Assembly: GCA_977017575.1 (NCBI GenBank)
Contig: CDRNVI010000032.1
Span: forward strand, 254,075-318,074
DNA from: Paramoeba atlantica
Lineage: Eukaryota > Protista > Discosea
DNA length: 64,000 bases
Direction: 5' to 3'
The translations under genes were made by a program, and so were the position numbers. A model generated the notes under the pieces. It worked only from the letters and a program-made list of their open reading frames with translations, searched no databases and had not been told where the DNA came from. Of this stretch, positions 41,278 to 50,961 are shown piece after piece. Position 1 is the first letter of the stretch. Every line of letters begins with the position of its first letter.

Positions 41278-41922
41278 TTAATCTATTAAGCGTTTGGAGC
41301 GGAGAAACCCCTTCATGTGGCGTATTTGCCACCAGGCAAACGCTATGACAAAAGCAACGGACAGGAAGGTGACCCAGGCAGACCGACTGTTTAAGTGCTC
41401 GCTGGTGTTCCGCATCTCTGCCTCACGACGCTTGAAGTAAGCGTACTCCGTGTTAATCGCACGTATGGTGTCCTCCATGATACGCAGTTCCACCTCCAGA
41501 GGTTTTAAATGTTCTCTAGTGGCCAGGTCGTCGTAGTCGGTGGCATCGGGACCAAGTCGAAGGTCTAGACTCACGGTGCGGTACAAATCTTCGTTGTATT
41601 TTACTCCTTGAACCAGACGGTTATAAATGCAGAAGTGGTAGTCACCAGCCAAGGCGGTGGTAAAGCGGAAATCGCTGTTGTCTTTTCCGCTATCAGAGTG
41701 GACATAGGCCCCTCGAGGATCGGTGATTCGAAAATCAACAAACTGGCTGTATCCCGGAAGGGCTTTAAAATTTCCTGCAACGGCGTAGTCCTGGGGCAAT
41801 TCCTCGGTAAAGCACTTGTAACTCCTGGCTGCGAGGTCGAACATAAAGCAAGACACACGTGTGGGTGAGGGCAGCCCTAGACCAACGGATAAGCAAAGGA
41901 AAAGCAACGAAATCACTGTCAT
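41278..41922 (-). CDS. p24/emp24/gp25L (TMED) cargo receptor, delta-like
   Basis: Signal peptide, GOLD domain (KCFTEEL...FTT..AGDYHFC), HLKPLEVELR coiled coil, TM segment and tail FLRSKRLID. Confidence 0.92.
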   Translation of the reverse strand: MTVISLLFLCLSVGLGLPSPTRVSCFMFDLAARSYKCFTEELPQDYAVAGNFKALPGYSQFVDFRITDPRGAYVHSDSGKDNSDFRFTTALAGDYHFCIYNRLVQGVKYNEDLYRTVSLDLRLGPDATDYDDLATREHLKPLEVELRIMEDTIRAINTEYAYFKRREAEMRNTSEHLNSRSAWVTFLSVAFVIAFAWWQIRHMKGFLRSKRLID

Positions 41923-42315
41923 ACGGGATGTAAAGTGCTTGTGAGAAGGTAATATGGAGAGCTCCTATGGCTAACGAAAGCTGTATTCTATTTTAAATTT
42001 ATGTACTATTCTAAATTTATGTACTATCCTGGTAGGATTTTTAGACAGTCTATTTAGTCCAAGAGCTCTTTCGAAATGTTTTTTGAAAGTAAGGCATATT
42101 TATAAAGATTGCAAAACAAATTTTACGCTTCATACATGTACGCTTCTCTTATGTGTGCGTAAAAGTACTCGACTAAATAATATATGAAGACACTATTATT
42201 GATACGCTGAAGTTCGCCACAAGACGACTACGATGCAGCCAGTACTCGCCCATAAATCTCAAAATGCTGCTGATGATCAATGCACACAGAAACCACCGAA
42301 AATCGTCCAAGGACC

Positions 42316-43236
42316 TCAACTTATGATACGAGTTTCGGGCTGCCCGTCAAACTTTTCCACTTGCAAATTTTCCGCTGCTTCTACCTGGTCGATAGTTTCT
42401 TTAATGTCGCTTCTAATTTGTTGCGCGTGCTCGCAGAGTTGTTGAGAATCATCCTGTGTCGTGGTCACAGCCATCGTATTACTGGTCTTCTTGTATAACT
42501 CATCTTGAAGTCTGCGGTTTTCTGCCTCTACAGCTTCCAGTTTCCGTTGCTTCGACTGAAGTTCACCCCTTGTTTTTGCTGCATTGCTCTGCAAGTCAAC
42601 GCGATCTCGCCGAAGGCGAGAGACTTCCTCCTCAGAGCGTGTAAGGGACTCACGTAGCTGTGGAATATGTTTCTGTTGAACGTCTTCGGATCCATCAATA
42701 TTTTCTCTGGATACAGCTTTTACGTTCTCTAGAACAGTGTTTTCAGAGGACTCCTCCTTCCACCTTACTTCGAAAGGTGGATATGATCGCATCAATTGGT
42801 AAGCACCAATTATAGCAAGAGAACTTGTAATGGAACGTACAGCCCAAGTAGCCCAAGTGCTATCACGTGTTCCAGAAGCTGTAGTCGATATTGAAGGTGA
42901 ACGCGGTCCCGAACTGTATGCAATCTGCTGTGTAGATTTATTGCCGTAAGAATTTGGGGCTGCGGATGTATTCACAACATCGGATGAATTTATTTGAGTG
43001 CGAAAAAAGATGGGACGTAATTCTTCCATTGTCTTCGTCAGGCCAGCTTTTTCGAAGGCAAGATGAACTTCATCCAGAGAAAGTCCTTTGCTCTTTAAAA
43101 AACGTACTTGTCCCATTAAAGGACTATTCTGTACCCTTTTGTCCTTTAAAAATTTTACTGCGCTAATAATCTTTCGTTCGTCCCCATTTGGAGCAAGAGG
43201 AGATGAAACACTCTCTGTGTCTTTGTCGCTAGGCAT
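42316..43236 (-). CDS. PEX14: Peroxin 14 (peroxisome/glycosome docking protein)
   Basis: The Pex14 N-domain SAVKFLKDKRVQNSP...RFLKSKGLSLDEVHLAF is followed by a hydrophobic segment and a coiled coil. Confidence 0.9.
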   Translation of the reverse strand: MPSDKDTESVSSPLAPNGDERKIISAVKFLKDKRVQNSPLMGQVRFLKSKGLSLDEVHLAFEKAGLTKTMEELRPIFFRTQINSSDVVNTSAAPNSYGNKSTQQIAYSSGPRSPSISTTASGTRDSTWATWAVRSITSSLAIIGAYQLMRSYPPFEVRWKEESSENTVLENVKAVSRENIDGSEDVQQKHIPQLRESLTRSEEEVSRLRRDRVDLQSNAAKTRGELQSKQRKLEAVEAENRRLQDELYKKTSNTMAVTTTQDDSQQLCEHAQQIRSDIKETIDQVEAAENLQVEKFDGQPETRIIS

Positions 43237-43411
43237 GAAGTATTTAATTTGATGTATTTCTAGAACTAAATAAGGACCAGAAATTACCGGGTAAGTACCG
43301 TATAATATGACTTACACGCGTGTAGTATGACAGTAGTTTTTATTGTGAAGTCTATTACATAACCGTATTACACCGTAATATGTATGACATACAATTTAAA
43401 ATTTTAACAAG

Positions 43412-43499
43412 TACTGTCCCCACCCGTTTAAGCGCACCTCGTTTTAGTGCGCTTAAACGGGGGGGCTGGCCGGGTCCGCTTAGGGGGAGGGGGGCAGTA
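43412..43499. mobile_element. 88-bp TA-bounded palindromic mini-element (MITE-like)
   Basis: Ends TACTGTCCCC...GGGGGCAGTA. Internal perfect 15-bp inverted repeat CCCGTTTAAGCGCAC/GTGCGCTTAAACGGG at 43423-43461. Confidence 0.6.
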
Positions 43500-43520
43500 T
43501 ATTATGTACATATTATGTAG

Positions 43521-43777
43521 TACTATCCCCCCGATCCTAGCGTTGCCTGGTTTTGGTGAAAAGCAACGCTAGGAGGGGGGGTCAAAAACAGGGGCCCAAG
43601 AATTGCTCAGCCGGCAATGTTGTGGAATTACTGAGGAAGATTACAAAACAAACGCTTTTTAGGGTATATTTTTACCATAATCCACCCCCCCCCCCCAAAA
43701 AAAAAATGCCGCTCAGTCTAAAAAGCAACGCTAGTCAGGGGGGTACCGAGGCAATGCTAGGATCGGGGGGGATAGTA
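43521..43777. mobile_element. 257-bp MITE with ~28-bp TIRs bounded by TA
   Basis: TACTATCCCCCCGATCCTAGCGTTGCCT (43521-43548) is inverted at 43749-43777 with one mismatch and one C indel. The motif GCAACGCTAG recurs internally at 43563 and 43725. Confidence 0.8.
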
Positions 43778-43829
43778 TTACACGCTCTTTCGAAAAAGTA
43801 CTATTAACATTTATGTGTGACACTCTATC

Positions 43830-44459
43830 TCACGCACGGAGCTCAATCAGTGTTTGATCCCAAATAAGCGTCAAATTTCTATTTTGAGAAGCAACGTAAA
43901 CTCCAGACATATATTGATTTTTGCTAACACAGAGAACTGTCAATGTTTGAGGAAGAGACGGAAAATGAATTGTGCCATCGAACTCATTGTCATGCAGATA
44001 CAATTCAACTAGATGATGAGGTAAGTCTTTTCCGTTAAAACTTCCGATCAATTTATTTCGTCCAACGTATAAATATTCAAGACTCTTCGGAAGAACCTCA
44101 AATGGTAGTTCCCCACAAAGCGAGTTGCAGATAACGTCATGCATGTAGAAATTCCCGAAAGTGGGAAAGTCAGAATCTTCACCCGCATCGAAAAAGAGAA
44201 GTGTGCTTGGTAGATGTTCCCACCGTAATGTACCCCGTATACCGCGGCCACTCCAATTCAGACGAACCACTTTATCATCTATACAATACGCACCATCCCA
44301 CTCACACGCTACTGTCGATGCGCTCCATGACACATGCGTGTTTGTCGTGTTCTGTATTAACTGGTACAGAGAGTACTCCTGAGGCAGCAAAGCACCGCGC
44401 ACCTTGCTTGCTCGTGTGACTGACAACTGGTTATCGTGTAACAGTATACAACTTAGCAT
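43830..44459 (-). CDS. Short leucine-rich-repeat protein (third paralog)
   Basis: Cap ACEWDGAYC...LNWSGRGIRGTLRWEHLPSTL, followed by LPKSLEYLYVGRNKLIG and LPHHLVELYLHDNEFDG. Confidence 0.85.
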   Translation of the reverse strand: MLSCILLHDNQLSVTRASKVRGALLPQEYSLYQLIQNTTNTHVSWSASTVACEWDGAYCIDDKVVRLNWSGRGIRGTLRWEHLPSTLLFFDAGEDSDFPTFGNFYMHDVICNSLCGELPFEVLPKSLEYLYVGRNKLIGSFNGKDLPHHLVELYLHDNEFDGTIHFPSLPQTLTVLCVSKNQYMSGVYVASQNRNLTLIWDQTLIELRA

Positions 44460-45024
44460 AAATGTGAAAGCAATACTAAGATAAAAACGGGGAACAATAT
44501 TATAAAGTAAACTAATCTAATCAAAAGTGTGCAAATTTGGTTCAAGTCCACCGGTTTATGCGACTGAACGGTATTAGCAAATCTGTGTCTGAGGTTGAAA
44601 AATGTACCTGAAAGCAACGATAAAAATAAATTTATAGAGGCTGAGTAAAAAAATTGTCCCCTGCAAAACATGAAGAATACTCCGTATTCTTTCATCAATG
44701 CTCAATTTTTGGTCTCAGGTACGGTTAAACAAGAGTATCCGCCTACGTAAATTTTATTTCACGGGAAAAGAAAAAGTCTACAACTATACATAAATAAACG
44801 GCAAGTAAAACTAAGAAAAGAGATTACAACAACCGCAAGAAAGAAATCGCATAAAGGTTTTTTCTTCTTTAAGAAGGATATAAGAATCTTAGATCGTTGT
44901 TGTATGGAGAAGCAAAACGAGACACAAACGAGAAGCAAAATGTTTGTGCATAGGAGAAACAAGAGAAGTTATACTATATGAGTATCGGCAGTTATGCTAA
45001 ATAGACAGTTTCTAATAGGCACCC

Positions 45025-47520
45025 TTATTTCGAACGCAATTGTCTGTGTAGAGTTGCCAGGGAAGTACATGTATGTGCTCCATCCAGAGACGTTTGCTTT
45101 TTTTCCACGAATTGGCAAAGGTATTTAAAATAATTCACATACCTTGGAAAATGTCTCTTTATTGCCATTAAGTATGCTGAAAGCAGTGCTATTTTCTTTT
45201 TTGGTGAATGCGCTGCGGCAAGAAATATTTTACATGATACATCATGACTGGGAATTGACCCTTTGCTATCCCTATCTTGATGAATATGACTTGAAAACAT
45301 ATCTTTCGAGACAGACTTATTATTAAAAGGATAAATAAAAATAGAGGATTCCCATTGGACCTCCTTGTCTGAATGGCTCTGACTAATGTTTATTGAGTAC
45401 CCGTATTCTAAAAGAACTAGAGTGCTTAAGACTCTGTAAAAGGCGCTTAAGACATCTTCACCTCCAAATCCATCTTTTTCTTGTTGTCTTTGAAGCCCCA
45501 GTACCACTTGCCGACAATAAGAATCCTGATTTTCTACAATCTCAGTTGGTATTAACTGTTCATAGCAATCTAAGAGTGTTCTCAAAGCTGGTACGTCGGA
45601 CTTCAGAGTACATATGGCCACGGTTTTCATTTTCAAAGAAACGAGACGTACGCATAATCCGTCATGTGAAAACGATTCACGCAGTGGGCCCACGCGGAGT
45701 TTTGCCTCAGCACGATAACGAGAGAGTCTCGAACTGTGTTGAGAAAATGGAAGGATGCTCCCAACATTTTCCCGGAATAACATAAGCATTTGATTATTCT
45801 GATTGGCCCCGTTCAATGACTGGAAAGCCTGATGTGGATGTATGGCAGTATCTTTACTTGTAACACTTTTCTTGTTGGATAAGAAATCTTCGTCTTCATT
45901 GTAGTGAGCGTCATTGTATATTGCTATGGCGTCACACCATTCGGGAAAATATTGTGCAAGAACTTCGCTAACGGAAGTGGAAGTATGCTCCCATTCAGTA
46001 CCCTTTGCAATCTGTACGATATGATCTACTGTGTTGATTTCTAGCATATTCTCACCATATGCAATACGAAATAGACCTCGAAGAATTTCATCATCACTAT
46101 CATCTACTTTTATAATGGGGACCAATCTGTGAGATATTGAGTGTAACACACTCGACAATATGTTGTCATTCTGGATGTGATCGAAAAAAGTATCGAGATA
46201 CACTCGCAACGGCGGCGTTTCGTTTTTTTTGGTTTTCGCTTTATCCGCGCAGCGTTGTTTGTCCCCAGGAAAAGAATATTCTAAAATAGATAGTGAAGGT
46301 TCTAATGTTGGTCTCCCTTGAGGACTCTGATGCCGTAGAACGGAAGGATCGCTTACTATTGCCCCTTTTTGAATCATTAGACGAGTTCCCCCAACATCAA
46401 ATATTGGCGTAGTGAAAGTCAAGTATTTTAGTGAGCCTTCTTCCAAAGTGGTTTGTAGGGCGTCTTGCATAGAAGAGCTCAAAGCCGAGAACTTCCACAA
46501 GTCACGGGGGAACAAAATATCTAAGCAGTAAAGAGCACATACTTCTTGGAGTGCATTTAGTTTTCTAACCTTTTCACATGCGGCCCGCCTTGAAAGAAGA
46601 TACTTCTCTTCTTTACCGTTTTCCGAGAACACTATGTAAAGAGAACATGATAAAGGAGATCTTTTCGTTTCATGTCCAGGCACACTAACAATATGGAACG
46701 AAGTGCCGTACGTAAGAATCATGAGAATCTTCAACTTACAGAAAAATGTTAGATCATGATACATAGCCCAACCTTCATGAATGTGCCTTATCCATGAACT
46801 GTATAGTTTACGGTCAAACCCTTTTTTCAAAGCATCGAGATACATGCGATATGTTCCAAGGGAATATTCATTGCCATTGAGGTTGAATGAAACTGTCCGA
46901 TGAGAAAAAAATATATGCGGAGAAGTTCCCAATTGTACTTGAGTTGATGAGATAGTGCGAACGAGAGTCACCTCATGAAGTAACCTGCGAAGAGTCACTA
47001 CTAGTGGTACGACCTTCGCAATCTTTAGTGGAGTGTCAAGGTCTCTGTGTAGCAAATTCTTGATTTTCATAGAAGGCTGAAAGCGCTTTACGAGAGGTAG
47101 CCACAAATTTCGCTCTTTTGCGGGATTTTTTAGAAGAAATCTTTCACATTCTTGGGGAAAGCGTATTCTTAAGGCCAGTAGGCACAAGTCGAAAGTACTG
47201 GTAGAAACTGCTCGTAGCATCACTTCTCTTGGAATAGAACTACTTTCGTCTACAAGAAATACAGTGGATAAGCTATTATCCCCGTTTTCAAGTTGCTTCG
47301 TGTGTTCCACATACAATTTCATATGAACGCCATAATATTGCATTATAAGACTTTGCAGTAATCTCCATGGTGAACAAAATGGGATGGTGCTTGATGCAGA
47401 GCTTCCAAACAAACGATTCGTGATTAGAAGAAACAAGGGAGCTTGAAGCTCGCCTGCGTGAACGTGAGAAGTTAGTTGGTTCAAAGACAAAACTCCACTA
47501 AATCTACTCCAAATACTCAT
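45025..47520 (-). CDS. Hypothetical protein (831 aa), possibly mitochondrial
   Basis: Long ORF in cluster orientation with a presequence-like N-terminus MSIWSRFSG. No family securely recognised. Confidence 0.75.
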   Translation of the reverse strand: MSIWSRFSGVLSLNQLTSHVHAGELQAPLFLLITNRLFGSSASSTIPFCSPWRLLQSLIMQYYGVHMKLYVEHTKQLENGDNSLSTVFLVDESSSIPREVMLRAVSTSTFDLCLLALRIRFPQECERFLLKNPAKERNLWLPLVKRFQPSMKIKNLLHRDLDTPLKIAKVVPLVVTLRRLLHEVTLVRTISSTQVQLGTSPHIFFSHRTVSFNLNGNEYSLGTYRMYLDALKKGFDRKLYSSWIRHIHEGWAMYHDLTFFCKLKILMILTYGTSFHIVSVPGHETKRSPLSCSLYIVFSENGKEEKYLLSRRAACEKVRKLNALQEVCALYCLDILFPRDLWKFSALSSSMQDALQTTLEEGSLKYLTFTTPIFDVGGTRLMIQKGAIVSDPSVLRHQSPQGRPTLEPSLSILEYSFPGDKQRCADKAKTKKNETPPLRVYLDTFFDHIQNDNILSSVLHSISHRLVPIIKVDDSDDEILRGLFRIAYGENMLEINTVDHIVQIAKGTEWEHTSTSVSEVLAQYFPEWCDAIAIYNDAHYNEDEDFLSNKKSVTSKDTAIHPHQAFQSLNGANQNNQMLMLFRENVGSILPFSQHSSRLSRYRAEAKLRVGPLRESFSHDGLCVRLVSLKMKTVAICTLKSDVPALRTLLDCYEQLIPTEIVENQDSYCRQVVLGLQRQQEKDGFGGEDVLSAFYRVLSTLVLLEYGYSINISQSHSDKEVQWESSIFIYPFNNKSVSKDMFSSHIHQDRDSKGSIPSHDVSCKIFLAAAHSPKKKIALLSAYLMAIKRHFPRYVNYFKYLCQFVEKKQTSLDGAHTCTSLATLHRQLRSK

Positions 47521-48146
47521 TGCCGACCGAAATGCTGTTTAGCTACTTTTCAGAAGCCGAAAAGGATATCCTACAAAACAACAACTGACCCAAAAACATT
47601 GTGGAGAGAATGATATACGCATGGAAAAAACACAATATAAACACTTACAGCTCTTCTTGTCGTGAAGTCATTCGATATTATAATAGGCACGCAACAATTA
47701 CTTGCTTTCACATTAACCCCTTTTTATCATTCTACGACCTTAAAACTCAAAAATCGTCATATTCTGTAGGGTTACCAGACCCACACCTCACATAAAAAAT
47801 AGGGACACTCCTGGACCTCTTAGATCTCACAGGCGATCAATATAATTGTCCTTGTGCTTCAAGGCGTCCAATAAAAACATAAATCATTTATGGATATTAT
47901 TTAATAAAATATCTTGTATCTGCCAGTAGTGCAGTGAAAGCACAAAATGATATCGTTCCAACGTTTAACAAAGAAACGTTACGACCAACCAGCTGAGAAA
48001 GAGATGTTTCTGCCAAAGCGCTAAAAATATCCACGACAACAGATCGAATATAAAAAGATAATAGCGTAATAAGCATACCAAGTACAGAGAATAACGCCGT
48101 GCAAAGTTGCTATTGGGGTACCAAAAATAAATTTTGCTTTTCCACA

Positions 48147-49826
48147 TTACTCCTTTCTCAGCATACTCACCTTGGCATCTTCTTTTAAAGAGATAACGCG
48201 GTTGAGAACGGGATGTTTCTCTGTGGCATCTACATCAACAGTAAAATATCCCACTCTTTCAAATTGAACTGTATTAAATGTGGGTAAAGACACGATGCTT
48301 TTTTCGACTCTTCCATGTATGATACTTTCACTTTTCGGATTGATGTACTTTAAAAAATCGGCTTCGACGGCAGCACGATCATCCACGAGGAGTGGATCGT
48401 ACAAGCGAAACTCAGCAGGGTTGGAATGCAACTCACTGAGCCAGTGAATGTGCGTTTTCGGTCGCACAGTCTTTTCTGTGTCAAGAGTCACACGTACGTT
48501 GTCTACTTCACCAGTTTCTGCGTTTACCTCATGACTCTGATAGTAAACGTTGGGCCCGTACTTGAGACCTACAGCTTTTTCTTGATTAGGTGCTAAGCCA
48601 AAAAAGTTACGCTCATCGACATTTTTAAAATCTTGCGAATCGATAAAAAACCGCTTCGTTAGCATCAGAGTACGTGTTCCTAAGTCGCGACATTTTGGAT
48701 GATTTAAAGCAGTGACTGGCAGAGAAAAATCGTCTGAGACATTATCAATAATAACACAAACTGGTTTCAATATGCCGAAGCGACGCAGCGCTGAGCTGTC
48801 CAAATTCCGTCGCAGTACGTGTTCTAATAGTTTAATATCAATTACATTCTGTGCACGAGTAACGCCGACTAGCTCGCAGAATTCATTTATAACTTCTGGT
48901 GTATACCCCCTTCTGCGCATACCACTAAGTGTCAGCAAGCGTGGGTCATCAAAGCCACGTACAATACCTGTGTCCACTAATACGTTAATCTTTCTTTTCG
49001 AAAGTAAACTACCAGTGACGTTTAATCTTGAAAATTCCCAAACGGAGGGCCGGTAAAGATCTAGAGCCTCAAGAAGCCAATAATAGGACTCACGACGTAT
49101 TTCGAATTCAAGCGTACATAACGAGTATGAGATGTTTTCTAGAGAATCGATGATGCAATGAGTGAAATCGTACGAAGGATAAATGCACCATTTATCCCCC
49201 ACGTGTGGGTGAGCACAAAATTTTATTCGATAGGCAATACAGTCTCGCATGTTCGGATTATCATGCGCCATATCCATTTTAAGTCTTAAAGTAGCTTCGC
49301 CTTCCTGCAATAAACCTCGGCGCATATTTTCAAACAACGCAAGATTCTCTTCTACGCCCCGGTTGCGGTACGGTGACTCAACACGAATTTCCCTTTGTTT
49401 CTTTATTTCTTCTTTCGTGCTGTGATCTACATAAGCCTTTCCCATTTCAATCAAGCGGAGCGCAAATTCATAAAGCTGAGCAAAGTAATCAGACGAAAAA
49501 GTAACCCAGTCCGGTTCCCATCCCATCCATCTTACCATTTCTTCGATAGCAGAAATATATTCTGGACTCTCGGACTCAGGATTAGTATCGTCGTAACGCA
49601 AGTAACATTTTCCATTGTGGAGCTTAGCTTCGCCAAAGTTAAGACGCATACTTTTTGCGTGCCCAATGTGCAGGTAGCCGTTCGGCTCAGGCGGAAAACG
49701 AAAATAAAGCCTTCCTCCTGTTTCTCGGTCACGTTTTTGAATTAGATCGGGGGGATTCACTGCAGCAGCTATTGGCCTTCCCGTGTCAAAATGATGCAGC
49801 AGAGAATTCATTACTTGGACTCTCAC
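48147..49826 (-). CDS. QARS1: Glutaminyl-tRNA synthetase
   Basis: RFPPEPNGYLHIGHAKS, LRYDDTNPE, YPSYDFTHC, LCTLEFE, LSKRK and FERVGYF. Confidence 0.96.
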   Translation of the reverse strand: MRVQVMNSLLHHFDTGRPIAAAVNPPDLIQKRDRETGGRLYFRFPPEPNGYLHIGHAKSMRLNFGEAKLHNGKCYLRYDDTNPESESPEYISAIEEMVRWMGWEPDWVTFSSDYFAQLYEFALRLIEMGKAYVDHSTKEEIKKQREIRVESPYRNRGVEENLALFENMRRGLLQEGEATLRLKMDMAHDNPNMRDCIAYRIKFCAHPHVGDKWCIYPSYDFTHCIIDSLENISYSLCTLEFEIRRESYYWLLEALDLYRPSVWEFSRLNVTGSLLSKRKINVLVDTGIVRGFDDPRLLTLSGMRRRGYTPEVINEFCELVGVTRAQNVIDIKLLEHVLRRNLDSSALRRFGILKPVCVIIDNVSDDFSLPVTALNHPKCRDLGTRTLMLTKRFFIDSQDFKNVDERNFFGLAPNQEKAVGLKYGPNVYYQSHEVNAETGEVDNVRVTLDTEKTVRPKTHIHWLSELHSNPAEFRLYDPLLVDDRAAVEADFLKYINPKSESIIHGRVEKSIVSLPTFNTVQFERVGYFTVDVDATEKHPVLNRVISLKEDAKVSMLRKE

Positions 49827-49994
49827 TAAGCTAGTAGCGGCAATCAGTGAATCAAGAAATGTAAAAATGAATGTTTCTGAATTTATTGTAAAAATGGATA
49901 TATTTTGAAAAACATGTTTAAAGATGGAAGTTTCGAATTTATTGTAGCTCGCACACGTATCGTTATAGTGATACGATAAGAATGCATCGTTATA

Positions 49995-50730
49995 CAGGGG
50001 GTGACATGAAAATATGGGGGGTCAAAATCCGTAAAACGATCAGGTGACACATTGCGGTGGTTGTATAACTACCGCTCTACCCTCGATTATTGAAGAAAAA
50101 GTGAACAAAAACAGTGAAAATAAAGAGGAACATAGTAATACAGTATACCGTAGAAGCGGAAATCAAAGAAAATTAAAAATAAGAAAACTTTAATTGAGGA
50201 AGTTAAGGAGTCTTCTTCTTCTTCCATTAAGGAAATAATTTCGTGCCACTGGCTTTTTCTTTCGAATTTTCTTTAAACGAGGGTCCTGTTTAGGATACCC
50301 CCCGGAATGGTACGAGGTCACAGGTATAGTAAGTTATTTGGCTAAATTTGTAAAAACGTGATTACCGGCAAAAGTTACCGGTGGATGCTAATAATATCAC
50401 CAGTAAAAGTCATAGAAGTGAAAAAACGCGATAAATAGTAAGGAAAACAAACGAATACTGCTCTGTAGGGGTTATGATCTACGTGGGCCACCTCGAACAA
50501 GAAGTCGACATCACATGTTGTCTGCCTGAAAAACCAGGGGGCGGGTATACAATCAACCCTGGGTCACGATACCATACCCCCCCGGTATGGTACCAGGTCA
50601 CAGGTATGCTAAACCGGTCCCCCGTTTAATTGATTTCCGTCGTTTCTTTAAACACTTAATTTACTAAAATTGAGGAAGACGAGAATTAAGAAAACTTTAA
50701 TTAAGGAAATAATTTCGTGTCACAAAGAAA
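49995..50730. mobile_element. Truncated Tc1-family TIR followed by rearranged AT-rich direct repeats (transposon debris)
   Basis: TA+CAGGGGGTGACATGAAAATATGGGGGGTCAAAAT matches the TIR start of 1435 and 8131. No partner TIR was found. Blocks AAGAAAACTTTAATT, TTAAGGAAATAATTTCGTG and ATACCCCCCGG(A/T)ATGGTAC(G/C)AGGTCACAGGTAT each occur twice. Confidence 0.7.
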
Positions 50731-50961
50731 TTTTCCTTAATTCCCATTTCTACATAACAAATAGAAGAAAATATATAGAAGAAAATAATATAATAGAAGA
50801 AAATATATAATGTAATATAAGAAAATATATAAAGGGGGCTCCGGTGGTCCAAAATCGAAAAAAATGAATGACCAGAAGACTCTTTTAAGTTTTAAGTCCT
50901 TTAAGTTCTTTTTAGCTTTCAAGAGTTTGAGCGGGACTTGCAAAAGAATAGAAATATAAAT

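Noticed and set aside
41965-42040. Spliced-leader RNA gene
   Set aside because: There is only a loose resemblance (CTAACG...TGTACTAT..TGGTA). The match is built from an 18-bp local duplication, and there is no 39-nt exon match or tandem array.
47965-48147. 60-aa hydrophobic ORF overlapping the GlnRS stop (TAATG), and similar ORFs at 44453-44962
   Set aside because: These T-rich spacer translations have no recognisable motif, and stop-start coupling is not expected with trans-splicing.
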